NCBI GenBank assembly: GCA_025594325.1
Contig: JANHCV010000015.1
Location: 372,001 to 436,000 of the forward strand
Length of the DNA stretch: 64,000 nt
DNA from: Blastocladiella emersonii ATCC 22665
Taxonomy: Eukaryota; Fungi; Blastocladiomycota
Reading direction: 5' to 3'
Part shown: in pieces, positions 55,506 to 64,000 of the stretch
Numbering within the stretch: the stretch's first letter is position 1
Layout: the number at the start of each line of letters is the position of its first letter
Notes under the pieces: model-generated
What the model was told of the DNA's origin: nothing
The model's input: only the letters and a program-made list of their open reading frames with translations
Databases searched by the model: none
Translations under genes and position numbers: made by a program

Positions 55506-55523
55506 TCAATTCATGAGTTGCAT
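55506..55523 (-). promoter_or_regulatory. Putative uORF MQLMN* ending 18 nt before the orphan 3 ATG
   Basis: ATG CAA CTC ATG AAT TGA. Confidence 0.6.
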
Positions 55524-55876
55524 CAAGTTGTATCGTCCGAAGTGGGGACGTTGCATCGATCGAGGGAGAGGGCGACGCGACCGCGACCTGCCGCGCGACT
55601 GACCCGGCTGAGCTGGCCTCTCAGCGCCAAGTTTGAGTGTGCGAGGAAACGCGCGACCTGAAGCAATCCAGGGATAGAGGCCGGAAACGGTGGCGAGACG
55701 TCGGCGGGTGCACCGACCAGCGCGTCGGCCGCGGCCTCATCGGCCCGGTCGTCGTCGGCCTTGCTCCTCACCGACCTCACCCGCTTCGCACACAACAACC
55801 ATGGACAGCGACATCAAGAACCAACCAAGAACTTTTATGTATTGAGACACTCCCAAACCCATCCGCACCTCCCCGC

Positions 55877-58800
55877 TCACGCCTCGGACGGGCTGCACTC
55901 GCACTCGTTCTTGGCCATCTGGCACGCGACGCACATGGCGAGGACGGACCGCTGCGCGCGGACGACGGCGAACTCGGACCGGTCGCCGCGGAGGTTGACC
56001 ATGGACTCGGTGCGCCGGAGCCGCTTGGCGCCCGTCTGGAGGAGCGCCGCGTCGACGCCGTGCCGGGACAGCGGCGGGTTGATGCGGCCGCGGGACGCGG
56101 GGCCATCGCTGCCGGGCGGCGTGGCGGAGGCAGGGCGGAGGAGCGACTGGCCGACCATCGGCTCATCGGCGCCGTTGCCCTCGACATGACCCGACGCGGA
56201 GCCCGCGGTGCTGTTGCGCCGGCGCAGGCTGGCGGGACCGAGGAGGTTGGGCTCGGACTGCAGGATAGCGGCGGAGGCGCGGCGCGAGAGCGAGGACCCG
56301 CCCGCGAGCTTCTTGAGCGCGGCCTCGCGCTCGCGGTCGCGCTGCTTCTTCTCGGCGTCCTTGCGCGCCGCGTTCTCGCGGACCGCCTCGGCGAAATACG
56401 TGAGGAACAGGTCGAAGATCTTGAACATGTCCTCGGGGAACCGCGCCACGACCGTGGCGAACTTGTCGGTGGTCTCGGGATCCTCCCCGAAATACCGCGC
56501 GACGGCGATCCACTCGGTCCACATCCACTCGCTGGCCTCGCGGGCGGACGCGAGCAGGGACTCGGCGCGGTCGAGGAGCGCCGAGAACCGGTCGCGGAAC
56601 TCGGGCGCGGTCGTGCTCGCCGTCAGGATCTTGTTGTTGCGCGCGCCCGACAGGCGTTTCCCGTACTCGGCGAGCGACGCCTGGATCTCGGGCGTCACCT
56701 TGTTCTTGAGCTGCGCGATCGCCGGGAAGTCGGCGGGGAGGTGCAGGATCTCGGGCATCCCGACCGACAGCATGTCGACCAGGTAGTGCAGCAGCGTCCA
56801 CTTGCCGTCGGCCGACTTCACGTCGCGCAGTTTCGGGAGCGCGTCGAGCTTGAACCCAGCGGCGCCGCGCTTGCCCGCCGCCGCGGCGGCACCGGGCAGG
56901 GACCCCGTCGCGCCGTGGCCGCGGCCGTACTCGTAGTTGGCGAGGTTGCCGAGCGACAGAATCGAGCGGAGCAGCAGCTTGAGCCCGCGGTGGGTGCGGA
57001 GCTGCTCGCACAACCTACCAATCTCGCGGAACTCGCGGTCGAGGTTGCGCAGGTCGGGCTCGGTCGACTCGAGCATGGCCCACGCGTTCATGTAGTACTG
57101 GAGCCCGTCGATCTGGAGCAGCCGCCACATGAACCGCTCGGGGCGGGCGAGCGTGTGGACGCGGTCGGCGGGGACCTTGCGGAGCAGCTTGGTGTCGGTC
57201 TCGTCGGGGACCGCCGTGGCGCCGAGCTGGGCCACCGTCTCCGGGTCCAGCACCCCCGTGTCGAGCCGCATCAGCGCGTCCGGGATGTGGTCGAGCTTGG
57301 ACTCGCCGCGCCCGAATTTCGCCGTCAGCGCAATGTCGACGTTGTTGACGCGCTTCGTCTCGAGGACGTACTTGATCTCGGGCTTGCCGCCCGCACCCGC
57401 CGCACCGCTGCCGACCTTGGCCTTACCGCCCGCCGCGCCGCGCCGCCCGTCGTCCGTGACGCAGAACAGGTCCTCGAACCGCTGCAGGTCGAACGCGAGC
57501 TTCCCTCCCCCACTCGCGCTCGCCCCATCCTCTGCCGCCGCAACCGACTCCGCCGACCCACCACCATTCACGGACGCCTCGGACGCCGACGCGGACCCGC
57601 GCGCGAGAATGATCGGCGTCATATCGTCGTCCTCGTCGTCGCCCGCGTGCCACACGGTCGCGTCGAGCGGGATCTTGGACGTGGCCGGGATCTCGTTCCA
57701 GTGCAGCTTCACGCGGAGGCGCGGTTTCGGCGGGCCTGCGGGCGCGACTGGCGCGGCGGGTGGTGGTGGCGCGAACCCGCCGGCGCCGCGGGCGCCTCCG
57801 AACGGCGGGGGAGGCGGGGGTGGCGGAGGAGGCATCCCGGGCATGCCGGGTGGCGGAGGCGGTGGAGGCGGGGGTGGCGGGCCGCCGCCGAAGCTCATGG
57901 GCGGGGGAGGTGGTGGAGGAGGCGGAGGCGGGCCGCCGCCGAAGGTCATGGGCGGCGGCGGAGGAGGAGGTGGCGGAGGTGGTGCGCCGCCGCTGCCAAA
58001 CACCATCGGCGGGGGCGGCGGAGGCGGCGGGGGTGGTGGTGCGCCGCCGAACGACATGACGGGCGGAGGAGGTGGTGGCGGAGGTGGCGGAGCGCCGCCC
58101 GCGCCGGGGAACTGCATCACGGGTGGCGGAGGAGGCGGAGGTGGTGGAGGCGGGCCGCCCGCGGTATCGGGGAACACCATCGGCGGCGGCGGGGGCGGAG
58201 GAGGTGGTGGTGGTGGAGGACCCGCGGCGACGGGCGACTTGGGCCGCACTGACGAGGTCGGCGCCGCGGCGTTCCTGCTCCGCTCGAGCGTGGCGATGAG
58301 CTTGGCGAGCTCGTCAGCGACGTCGGGCGAGACCGCTTTCTCCTTCTCCTCCTCGCACCGCTGCTGCGTCGCGACGGGCGCAGCCGCCGCAGGTGCCGCG
58401 GCATTGACAACCATCGCCTCGCTCGCGCGGCGCGACGCCTCGATGGCCTCGAGCGCCGAGTTGGTGGACTGGAGCAGCTCAGCGATCTCGGGCGACGTGA
58501 GCGAGGTCTTCCCGACGGCCTCGGTGACGAGTTTCGCGGACGCCGAGGGCGACGGACTCCGGACCCGCGCAGCCGACGACGCGCCGGACCGCGTGGTCGG
58601 CTGGCCGAGGGACTCCTGGAGCGCGACGTCGAGCTCGGCCATGAACGAGAGCGGGTCGTCGAGGGCGGCGCGCGTATCGAGGGCGGGGAGGAGCGGCGCG
58701 CCACTACTCGCGACCGAAGCGCGCGACGCGCGCGATGCGGCAACGGGACTCGCCGGCCGCGACGACGACGACCGGTCGAGCGCGGCCTGCGCGGCAATGT

Positions 58801-61225
58801 GCGTGCGCACCGCGACCTGCTGGATCAGCGTGTCGTCGGCCTCGACCGCGTGCACGAGCGCCGCGACCTCGCTCTCGACGGTATCGGACCGCGAGCGGTC
58901 GGCGGACGACGCAGCCACGCCTCCCCGCGCGGGCGACGAGGCGGTGGACGGCGCGAGACGCTGCACCTGCAGTGGTAGCGGGGGCGAGGACGCGGACGCG
59001 CGGCGCGCCGCGGCCGCAGCAACGCGCGTGGACGTGGTCGGCGAGAGCGGCGGCGGGACCGCGGCGGCCTCCTCGACCACCACGGGCGCGGCAACGGGCG
59101 ACTTGGCGCGTTTCCGCATCTCGTCAAACTTGACGCGCCCCATCTGGCGGAGCTCACGCGAGATCTCGGTGAAGATGACGGACCGCGACAGGTCGGCGAG
59201 GAGCATTTCGGTCGCGCGGTGCATGTCGTTGTTGGCGCGCTGGAGGGCGAACCGGGCAATGACGCGCGTGTACGCCTGAGCCTCGAGGGCGGCGACGAGG
59301 TGCTCGTTCGGGCGGACGTAGTGGAACTCGGACAGCTTCGCGAGCCACCGGGTGTGCGATTTCTCGAGGAGCGTCGCGTACGAGAGGCCGACGGGCGCGG
59401 GGGCGACGGCGAGCGAGGCCGGGGAGATGGGCGACGTCGACGAAGCTGCTGCGCCGAAGGGGGCGGTGGCGAGGACCACGTCCATGCAGAAGGCGTCGGT
59501 GAACTGCATGTGCGGCGACAGTTCCATGTCTTGCCGATGAATCCGGTGGATGCCGGCGTCGATGAAGCCCGTGTTGAAGGTGAAGTGCAGCAGCGTCTGG
59601 TTCTGCATGGCGTCCTGCGACTCGACGCGGTAGAAGACGCGGATACAGACGTCGCTGTTGACGACGACATCCGACTCGAGCCCCGTCAAGTTGAAGACCA
59701 CCTGGTACTCGTCGCTGACCATGTCGGCTCCGTCGGCCGAAAAGTAGACGAGCTTGCCCTGCGCGTACACCTCGAGGCCGGGCGAGATGGTCGGGACGAG
59801 GATCGAGCCGCGGTGGCCCGCCGCGTGGCGCGCACCCCCAGGACCGGGACCCGAGACCACCTTGTTGATGATGGCCGGGTTGACCTGCGGCAGCGCCGTG
59901 ACGACGATGCGGTTGATGACGAGCGGGGCGGTCTGGGCGACGCGGCCGTCGAGGGCGATCACGTCGTGGAAGTACTGGACGTATCGCCTGTGCGTGGGCG
60001 TGACCCAGTTGGCGTCGTTGGGGGAGCGGCGGGCGAGGAACAGCTCGAACCCGTCGGCGGCCGTCTTCATGATCCCGGCGTACTCGAGGAAACACGCAAC
60101 GGCGATCCCCGTGCGCGCCTTGCCGTTGTTGCAGTGGACGACGGCGACGTTGCGCGGGTCCATGGACAGCCACGAGGACAGGGCGCGGGCGACGTTGAAG
60201 AGGGCCTTGATGGAGATGGTGCCGAGGTCGCAGTGGATGACCTGCTGCTGGAAGTGGGCCACGTCGTAGTTGACGTTGTCGCACAGGTTGAAGATGAGGT
60301 ACCGGGCGCGGTACCGCAGGTCGAGGAACTTGGCGAGGTCGGCCAGGTTGTTGCGGTTCGACTGCTTCTCGGACCGCGTCTTCCACGGCAGGCCGCACAC
60401 GACGAGCCGGTTGGTGATGCGCGTCACGTCGAGCTCGGTCATGATGCGCAGAAACTCGTTGTCGTCGAGCGGCGGCATCACGGGCTCGGGCCCTTCGTCG
60501 GCGTCGGGGTCTTCCGCGGCGCTGTCGCCGTCCGAGCCCCCAAATCCGCCAGCCGACTCGAGCTGCTCCTGCCACATGGTGAGCGCGTTGTTGGACGCCA
60601 TCTGCTCCATCTCGGTGCGCCGGCGGAAGATGAGCGAGGCGCGGTGGGTGAGGCGCGACTCGGTGGCGACGCGGGCGCGCGACTCGGCGAGGTAGGCGCC
60701 GTAGTCGTAGAAGAGGTCGCGCTGCAGCTCGCACTGCGGCGGCAGCGACGCGAGGATGGTGGAGTTGGACCCAAACGAGCGCGCGGACCGGATCGAGCCC
60801 GAGTCGGGGAACAGGTCGGGCGACGCGGCACCGCCCGTCGCATCGCGTCCCCATTCCCGGCTACTGCCGAGCGGCGAGTTGCGGCCCGAGGGCAGCGAGG
60901 ACGCGGACCCGAGCGGCGTGGTGGTGCTGGGCGACATGATGGACGACAGCGGGCGCGCGACGGCGGCGAGCGCGGTGCGCGATGCGCGGCGCAGCAGGCC
61001 GTGCGACGGCGAGCTCGGCGGCGAGTCGGTCGACGAGTGGGTGCCGGGCCGAGATCGCAGCGACGCGGAGGCCCCGCTGCCGAGGAGGCCGGGCGGGCCA
61101 TCTTTCGGCGGTAATGGTGGTGGTGGTGCGCCGGACTGCGGCGAGGGCTGAGCATCGCGCGGCGAGTTGACGGGGGTCGTCGATCCGCGGCCGAACAGCG
61201 CGCCGATGCCGGGGAAGCTCGGCAT
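55877..61225 (-). CDS. Formin with N-terminal PTEN/tensin phosphatase-C2 module, UBA-like domain, FH1, FH2 and WH2-like tail
   Basis: LDVTRITNRLVVCGLP, HCNNGKARTG, PTHRRYVQYF, the C2 segment FTFNTGFI, polyproline FH1, KLHWNEI, ILSLGNLAN and GFKLDALPKLRDVKSADGKWTLLHYL. Intronless; ATG taken at MPSFPG. Confidence 0.93.
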   Translation of the reverse strand: MPSFPGIGALFGRGSTTPVNSPRDAQPSPQSGAPPPPLPPKDGPPGLLGSGASASLRSRPGTHSSTDSPPSSPSHGLLRRASRTALAAVARPLSSIMSPSTTTPLGSASSLPSGRNSPLGSSREWGRDATGGAASPDLFPDSGSIRSARSFGSNSTILASLPPQCELQRDLFYDYGAYLAESRARVATESRLTHRASLIFRRRTEMEQMASNNALTMWQEQLESAGGFGGSDGDSAAEDPDADEGPEPVMPPLDDNEFLRIMTELDVTRITNRLVVCGLPWKTRSEKQSNRNNLADLAKFLDLRYRARYLIFNLCDNVNYDVAHFQQQVIHCDLGTISIKALFNVARALSSWLSMDPRNVAVVHCNNGKARTGIAVACFLEYAGIMKTAADGFELFLARRSPNDANWVTPTHRRYVQYFHDVIALDGRVAQTAPLVINRIVVTALPQVNPAIINKVVSGPGPGGARHAAGHRGSILVPTISPGLEVYAQGKLVYFSADGADMVSDEYQVVFNLTGLESDVVVNSDVCIRVFYRVESQDAMQNQTLLHFTFNTGFIDAGIHRIHRQDMELSPHMQFTDAFCMDVVLATAPFGAAASSTSPISPASLAVAPAPVGLSYATLLEKSHTRWLAKLSEFHYVRPNEHLVAALEAQAYTRVIARFALQRANNDMHRATEMLLADLSRSVIFTEISRELRQMGRVKFDEMRKRAKSPVAAPVVVEEAAAVPPPLSPTTSTRVAAAAARRASASSPPLPLQVQRLAPSTASSPARGGVAASSADRSRSDTVESEVAALVHAVEADDTLIQQVAVRTHIAAQAALDRSSSSRPASPVAASRASRASVASSGAPLLPALDTRAALDDPLSFMAELDVALQESLGQPTTRSGASSAARVRSPSPSASAKLVTEAVGKTSLTSPEIAELLQSTNSALEAIEASRRASEAMVVNAAAPAAAAPVATQQRCEEEKEKAVSPDVADELAKLIATLERSRNAAAPTSSVRPKSPVAAGPPPPPPPPPPPPPMVFPDTAGGPPPPPPPPPPPVMQFPGAGGAPPPPPPPPPPVMSFGGAPPPPPPPPPPPMVFGSGGAPPPPPPPPPPPMTFGGGPPPPPPPPPPPMSFGGGPPPPPPPPPPPGMPGMPPPPPPPPPPFGGARGAGGFAPPPPAAPVAPAGPPKPRLRVKLHWNEIPATSKIPLDATVWHAGDDEDDDMTPIILARGSASASEASVNGGGSAESVAAAEDGASASGGGKLAFDLQRFEDLFCVTDDGRRGAAGGKAKVGSGAAGAGGKPEIKYVLETKRVNNVDIALTAKFGRGESKLDHIPDALMRLDTGVLDPETVAQLGATAVPDETDTKLLRKVPADRVHTLARPERFMWRLLQIDGLQYYMNAWAMLESTEPDLRNLDREFREIGRLCEQLRTHRGLKLLLRSILSLGNLANYEYGRGHGATGSLPGAAAAAGKRGAAGFKLDALPKLRDVKSADGKWTLLHYLVDMLSVGMPEILHLPADFPAIAQLKNKVTPEIQASLAEYGKRLSGARNNKILTASTTAPEFRDRFSALLDRAESLLASAREASEWMWTEWIAVARYFGEDPETTDKFATVVARFPEDMFKIFDLFLTYFAEAVRENAARKDAEKKQRDREREAALKKLAGGSSLSRRASAAILQSEPNLLGPASLRRRNSTAGSASGHVEGNGADEPMVGQSLLRPASATPPGSDGPASRGRINPPLSRHGVDAALLQTGAKRLRRTESMVNLRGDRSEFAVVRAQRSVLAMCVACQMAKNECECSPSEA
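57803..58219 (-). repeat. FH1 modular repeat: eight polyproline tracts with short spacers, mostly of the M-x-F-G-G type
   Basis: GGC/GGT/GGA-rich plus strand; translation P10-13-(V)MxF(G/P)..GG(A) repeated. Confidence 0.9.
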
Positions 61226-62506
61226 GGTCGCTGTGGAGGTGGAGGTGGTGGAAGCAGAGCAGCCGGGCCTAGAAGTCGGGGTGGAGTGGGTGGCGCAGGA
61301 TGCATGAGCCACCATGCAGAACGCGGCAGCAGCAACGGAACGCACCTCGCGGGGCGGCGTCCGCGGCAGCCGTCGACGGTAACGAGGCGAGCAGCGCCGT
61401 AGCGGGAGCAGTCGACGAGATCTCAGTGCGGGTGGGGCCGGCGCAGAGCGGATCGTGCGGGCGTGGTGCGTGTGGGAGCGGGTGAGACCGCGGCAGAGGT
61501 CACCGAATTCGGTCGGTCGTGGCGGGCAGGGCGGGCGGCACAGCAGCCGGCGGGGGGTCGATGCGTTGCAGGTAGTCGTGGGTGCGCAGCGCGGCGGGTT
61601 TCAGATGATACGCGCGCGATCGGCAGCGTGCGGTTCCATGGGGAGGAGAGGGAGCGGGAGCAGAGCGGAGCAGAGAGCGGAGCGTCGGCCGTGGAAGCGG
61701 CGCGGTGACGTCGCAGCAGCCGACGCGTGGCTCCAGAGTCGAAACCCGTCACCTGACCGCGGTTTCAAGCCGTTTTGGCCGCTGTCTCCCCCTTGCTGCA
61801 GCGAGCGCCACACGCACGCAGCGCTGCCGCCACCGCCGCTGCTGAACGCCCTCGCTCTCCCCCCCTGCTTCGCCACCCTCGCTCGCTCGCCCCGCCGTGC
61901 GACTAGACCAGCCCGAATTTTCGGTATGCCGCGTCTCGCGCTGCCGCCCATGCATCTGCTTCCATGCCCTCCTCCTTGCCCTATCGGATCGGTCCCGCGG
62001 TCGGCGGTCGGCGGTGGCCGCGCCAGCGCCACGCCGTGACATGACATCGCACGCGCGGCCATGGGAACTCTGCGTCGCCCCAGGGGCTGCCCTGCCCCGG
62101 TGCGAGACACCGTGTCTACGCCCCCGCAACACTCGGACGCCCGCCGCACCTTGTCTGTGCCCGCCCAGGCCGCCCGTTGACCTGGGTGGGACCCCGCCCC
62201 TCGGATCTCCGTCGGCTCTTGGCGCTCTGGTCCGCCTTTGGTTGGGCCTGCGTGTTGATGAAGTAGCGCCCTCCTCCTCGTCGCCCCCTCGCTCTCCTTC
62301 CTACCCTCACAACCGCGCAGTGATACCCCCGCCGTGGCCGACCCGCGACGACCAGGTCCGCACACCCACGTCGCGCCGATCCCGCTCCATCGCCATCGCT
62401 CGCTCGCCCGCCCGAGTCCCCCACGCTGACCAACCCGACCCGACCCGTCTAGGCCCCATCCCCTTTGACGACGTGATTGCCTGAGTGATCGACTACCACC
62501 TCCGTC

Positions 62507-63649
62507 ATGGCCAGCAAACGCACGACCCGCGTCTTCTCGGCCGCCGAGGTCGCCAAGCACGCGACCGAGTCCGACTGCTGGATCACGCGCCGCGGCAACG
62601 TCTACGACGTGACCGCCTTCATCGGCGACCACCCGGGCGGGCCCGAGCTCATCACCGAGTACGCCGGCAAGGACATTGACGCCGTCATGCACGACGCCGA
62701 CATCCACGACCACTCGGACGGCGCCTACGACATTCTCGACGACTACCTCATCGGCCGCCTCGAGTCGGCCTCCTCGGGCGACGGCGAGGACAGCGGCGCC
62801 GACGTGTCCGACGACATCCCGTCAGCCAAGCGGTCCGCGCAGTCCTCGGGGTTCGTGGACCCCGTCTCGGCGCTCGACGAGCAGCTCACCGAGGAGCTGG
62901 CCTCGGCCAAGAAGCCGCTGCTCGACCTGTCCAAGCCGCTGCTGTGGCAGATGCTCACGTCCACCTTCTCCAAGGACTACTACATGACCCAGGTCCACAT
63001 TGCGCGCCACCTGCCCGAGCCCGCCACCATCTTCGCCAACCCGGTCCTCGAGATCTTCACGCGCACGCCGTGGTACCTGGTCCCGCTGTGCTGGCTGCCC
63101 GTCGTCGCGTACCTCGCCTACGACGCGCACGTCTTCGGCGGCATGACCTTCCCCTCGCTCGCGGCGCACTACGCGTTCGGGCTCGGCATGTGGACTTTCT
63201 TCGAGTACACGTTCCACCGGTTCCTGTTCCACATTGACGCGCTGCTGCCCGACCACCCGTACGCGCTGACGGTGCACTTCCTGGTCCACGGCATCCACCA
63301 CTACCTGCCCATGGACCGCATGCGCCTGGTCCTGCCGCCCATCTTCTTTGCCCTGATCGTGCAGCCACCGTGGTGGGCGTTCCGCGCCGTCTTCGACCAC
63401 ACGACGTGCGCCGCCATGTTCTCGGGTGGGATCACGGGCTACATTATCTACGACCTCACCCACTACTACCTGCACCACGCCCGCGTCCGCACCGCCCACA
63501 TGCGCGAGATGAAAAAGTACCACCTCGCCCACCACTACAAGAACTACGACTCGGGATACGGCATCACGTCCAAGATCTGGGACTACGTCTTTGCCACGGT
63601 CCTCGACTACACCACCGCCAACGGCAAGCCCGTCGCCAAGACGGCCTAG
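62507..63649 (+). CDS. SCS7: Sphingolipid fatty-acid 2-hydroxylase with cytochrome b5 domain
   Basis: b5 HPGG motif; FFEYTFHRFLFH, HGIHH, YDLTHYYLHH and YHLAHHYKNY. Confidence 0.96.
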   Translation: MASKRTTRVFSAAEVAKHATESDCWITRRGNVYDVTAFIGDHPGGPELITEYAGKDIDAVMHDADIHDHSDGAYDILDDYLIGRLESASSGDGEDSGADVSDDIPSAKRSAQSSGFVDPVSALDEQLTEELASAKKPLLDLSKPLLWQMLTSTFSKDYYMTQVHIARHLPEPATIFANPVLEIFTRTPWYLVPLCWLPVVAYLAYDAHVFGGMTFPSLAAHYAFGLGMWTFFEYTFHRFLFHIDALLPDHPYALTVHFLVHGIHHYLPMDRMRLVLPPIFFALIVQPPWWAFRAVFDHTTCAAMFSGGITGYIIYDLTHYYLHHARVRTAHMREMKKYHLAHHYKNYDSGYGITSKIWDYVFATVLDYTTANGKPVAKTA

Positions 63650-63878
63650 TTTTGTTGTCAATTCTATTGTGCACAGTTGCAATTGCTCTCCCTCTACCAT
63701 ACACTTTTTTTACGAATACATGTAGACTGTTGTGTCACCTGACGCCTCGATGAGCCTCGCGTCAACGTTTGCTGCTGCAGGCACTGCGCTCCTCGCTCTC
63801 TCTTCTCTCGCTCCTCACGGCGGCCCGAATCCGCCCCTCTTCACACCCCGCAACGTAACGAACGGACGCCTGCCCACC

Positions 63879-64000
63879 ATGTCGCGCCACCGCAACATCC
63901 GCAACATGACGGCGGACGGTGAGTGTCTCCTCCCCTCTCACTCATGCAATCCAGATGAACGCTCACGCTCGAGCTCGACCTTGCAGACTACGAGGACTTC
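63879..64000 (+). CDS. HBS1: Start of an Hbs1-like translational GTPase gene (truncated by window end)
   Basis: MSRHRNIRNMTAD, then a gtgagt...cag intron, then DYEDF; resembles the Hbs1 N-terminus. Only about 18 codons are visible. Confidence 0.6.
   Translation, partial: MSRHRNIRNMTADGECLLPSHSCNPDERSRSSSTLQTTRT

Noticed and set aside
6726-64000. Apparent clustering of translation-related (JJJ3, UTP10, TRM9, TACO1, HBS1) and mitochondrial (PPR, IDP1, TACO1) genes
   Set aside because: They are dispersed among unrelated genes and these classes are abundant; no shared motif was seen at the backbone promoters.

Overview
Gene-dense, very GC-rich eukaryotic genomic DNA with short spliceosomal introns (mostly about 50-80 nt, GTACG/GTGCG donors, CTRAC-type branch points, YAG acceptors). 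It is most consistent with an early-diverging (zoosporic, Blastocladiomycota-like) fungus; the taxon is inferred. The backbone holds conserved genes: RA-RA-ArfGAP-ankyrin, EXD2-like HNH, JJJ3/DPH4, PPR, UTP10, RAD18, SCYL2, PTPA/RRD2, WDR83, TMEM42, TIP30/FMP52, a GNAT, IDP1, TRM9, CTNNBL1, TACO1, a PTEN-type formin, SCS7 and the start of HBS1. Visibly less GC-rich islands of young, duplicated or decaying orphan genes interrupt it. (1) At 17.9-23.1 kb are three tandem coiled-coil genes ending in a chromodomain. (2) At 32.4-38.1 kb is a tandem array of an unknown family with a possible F-box-like N-terminus. (3) At 49.4-55.5 kb are three orphan genes that appear to carry copies of the TACO1 5' module, namely a conserved short uORF (MQ[P/L]M[N/K]..stop) plus a mitochondrial presequence, together with a J-domain gene. 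A composite DNA motif, CGCG(T/C)TGCGCCAC(n)CACGTG, recurs in all three islands. No rRNA, tRNA, CRISPR array or intact transposon was recognised. Exon boundaries were read by eye; no database searches were run.
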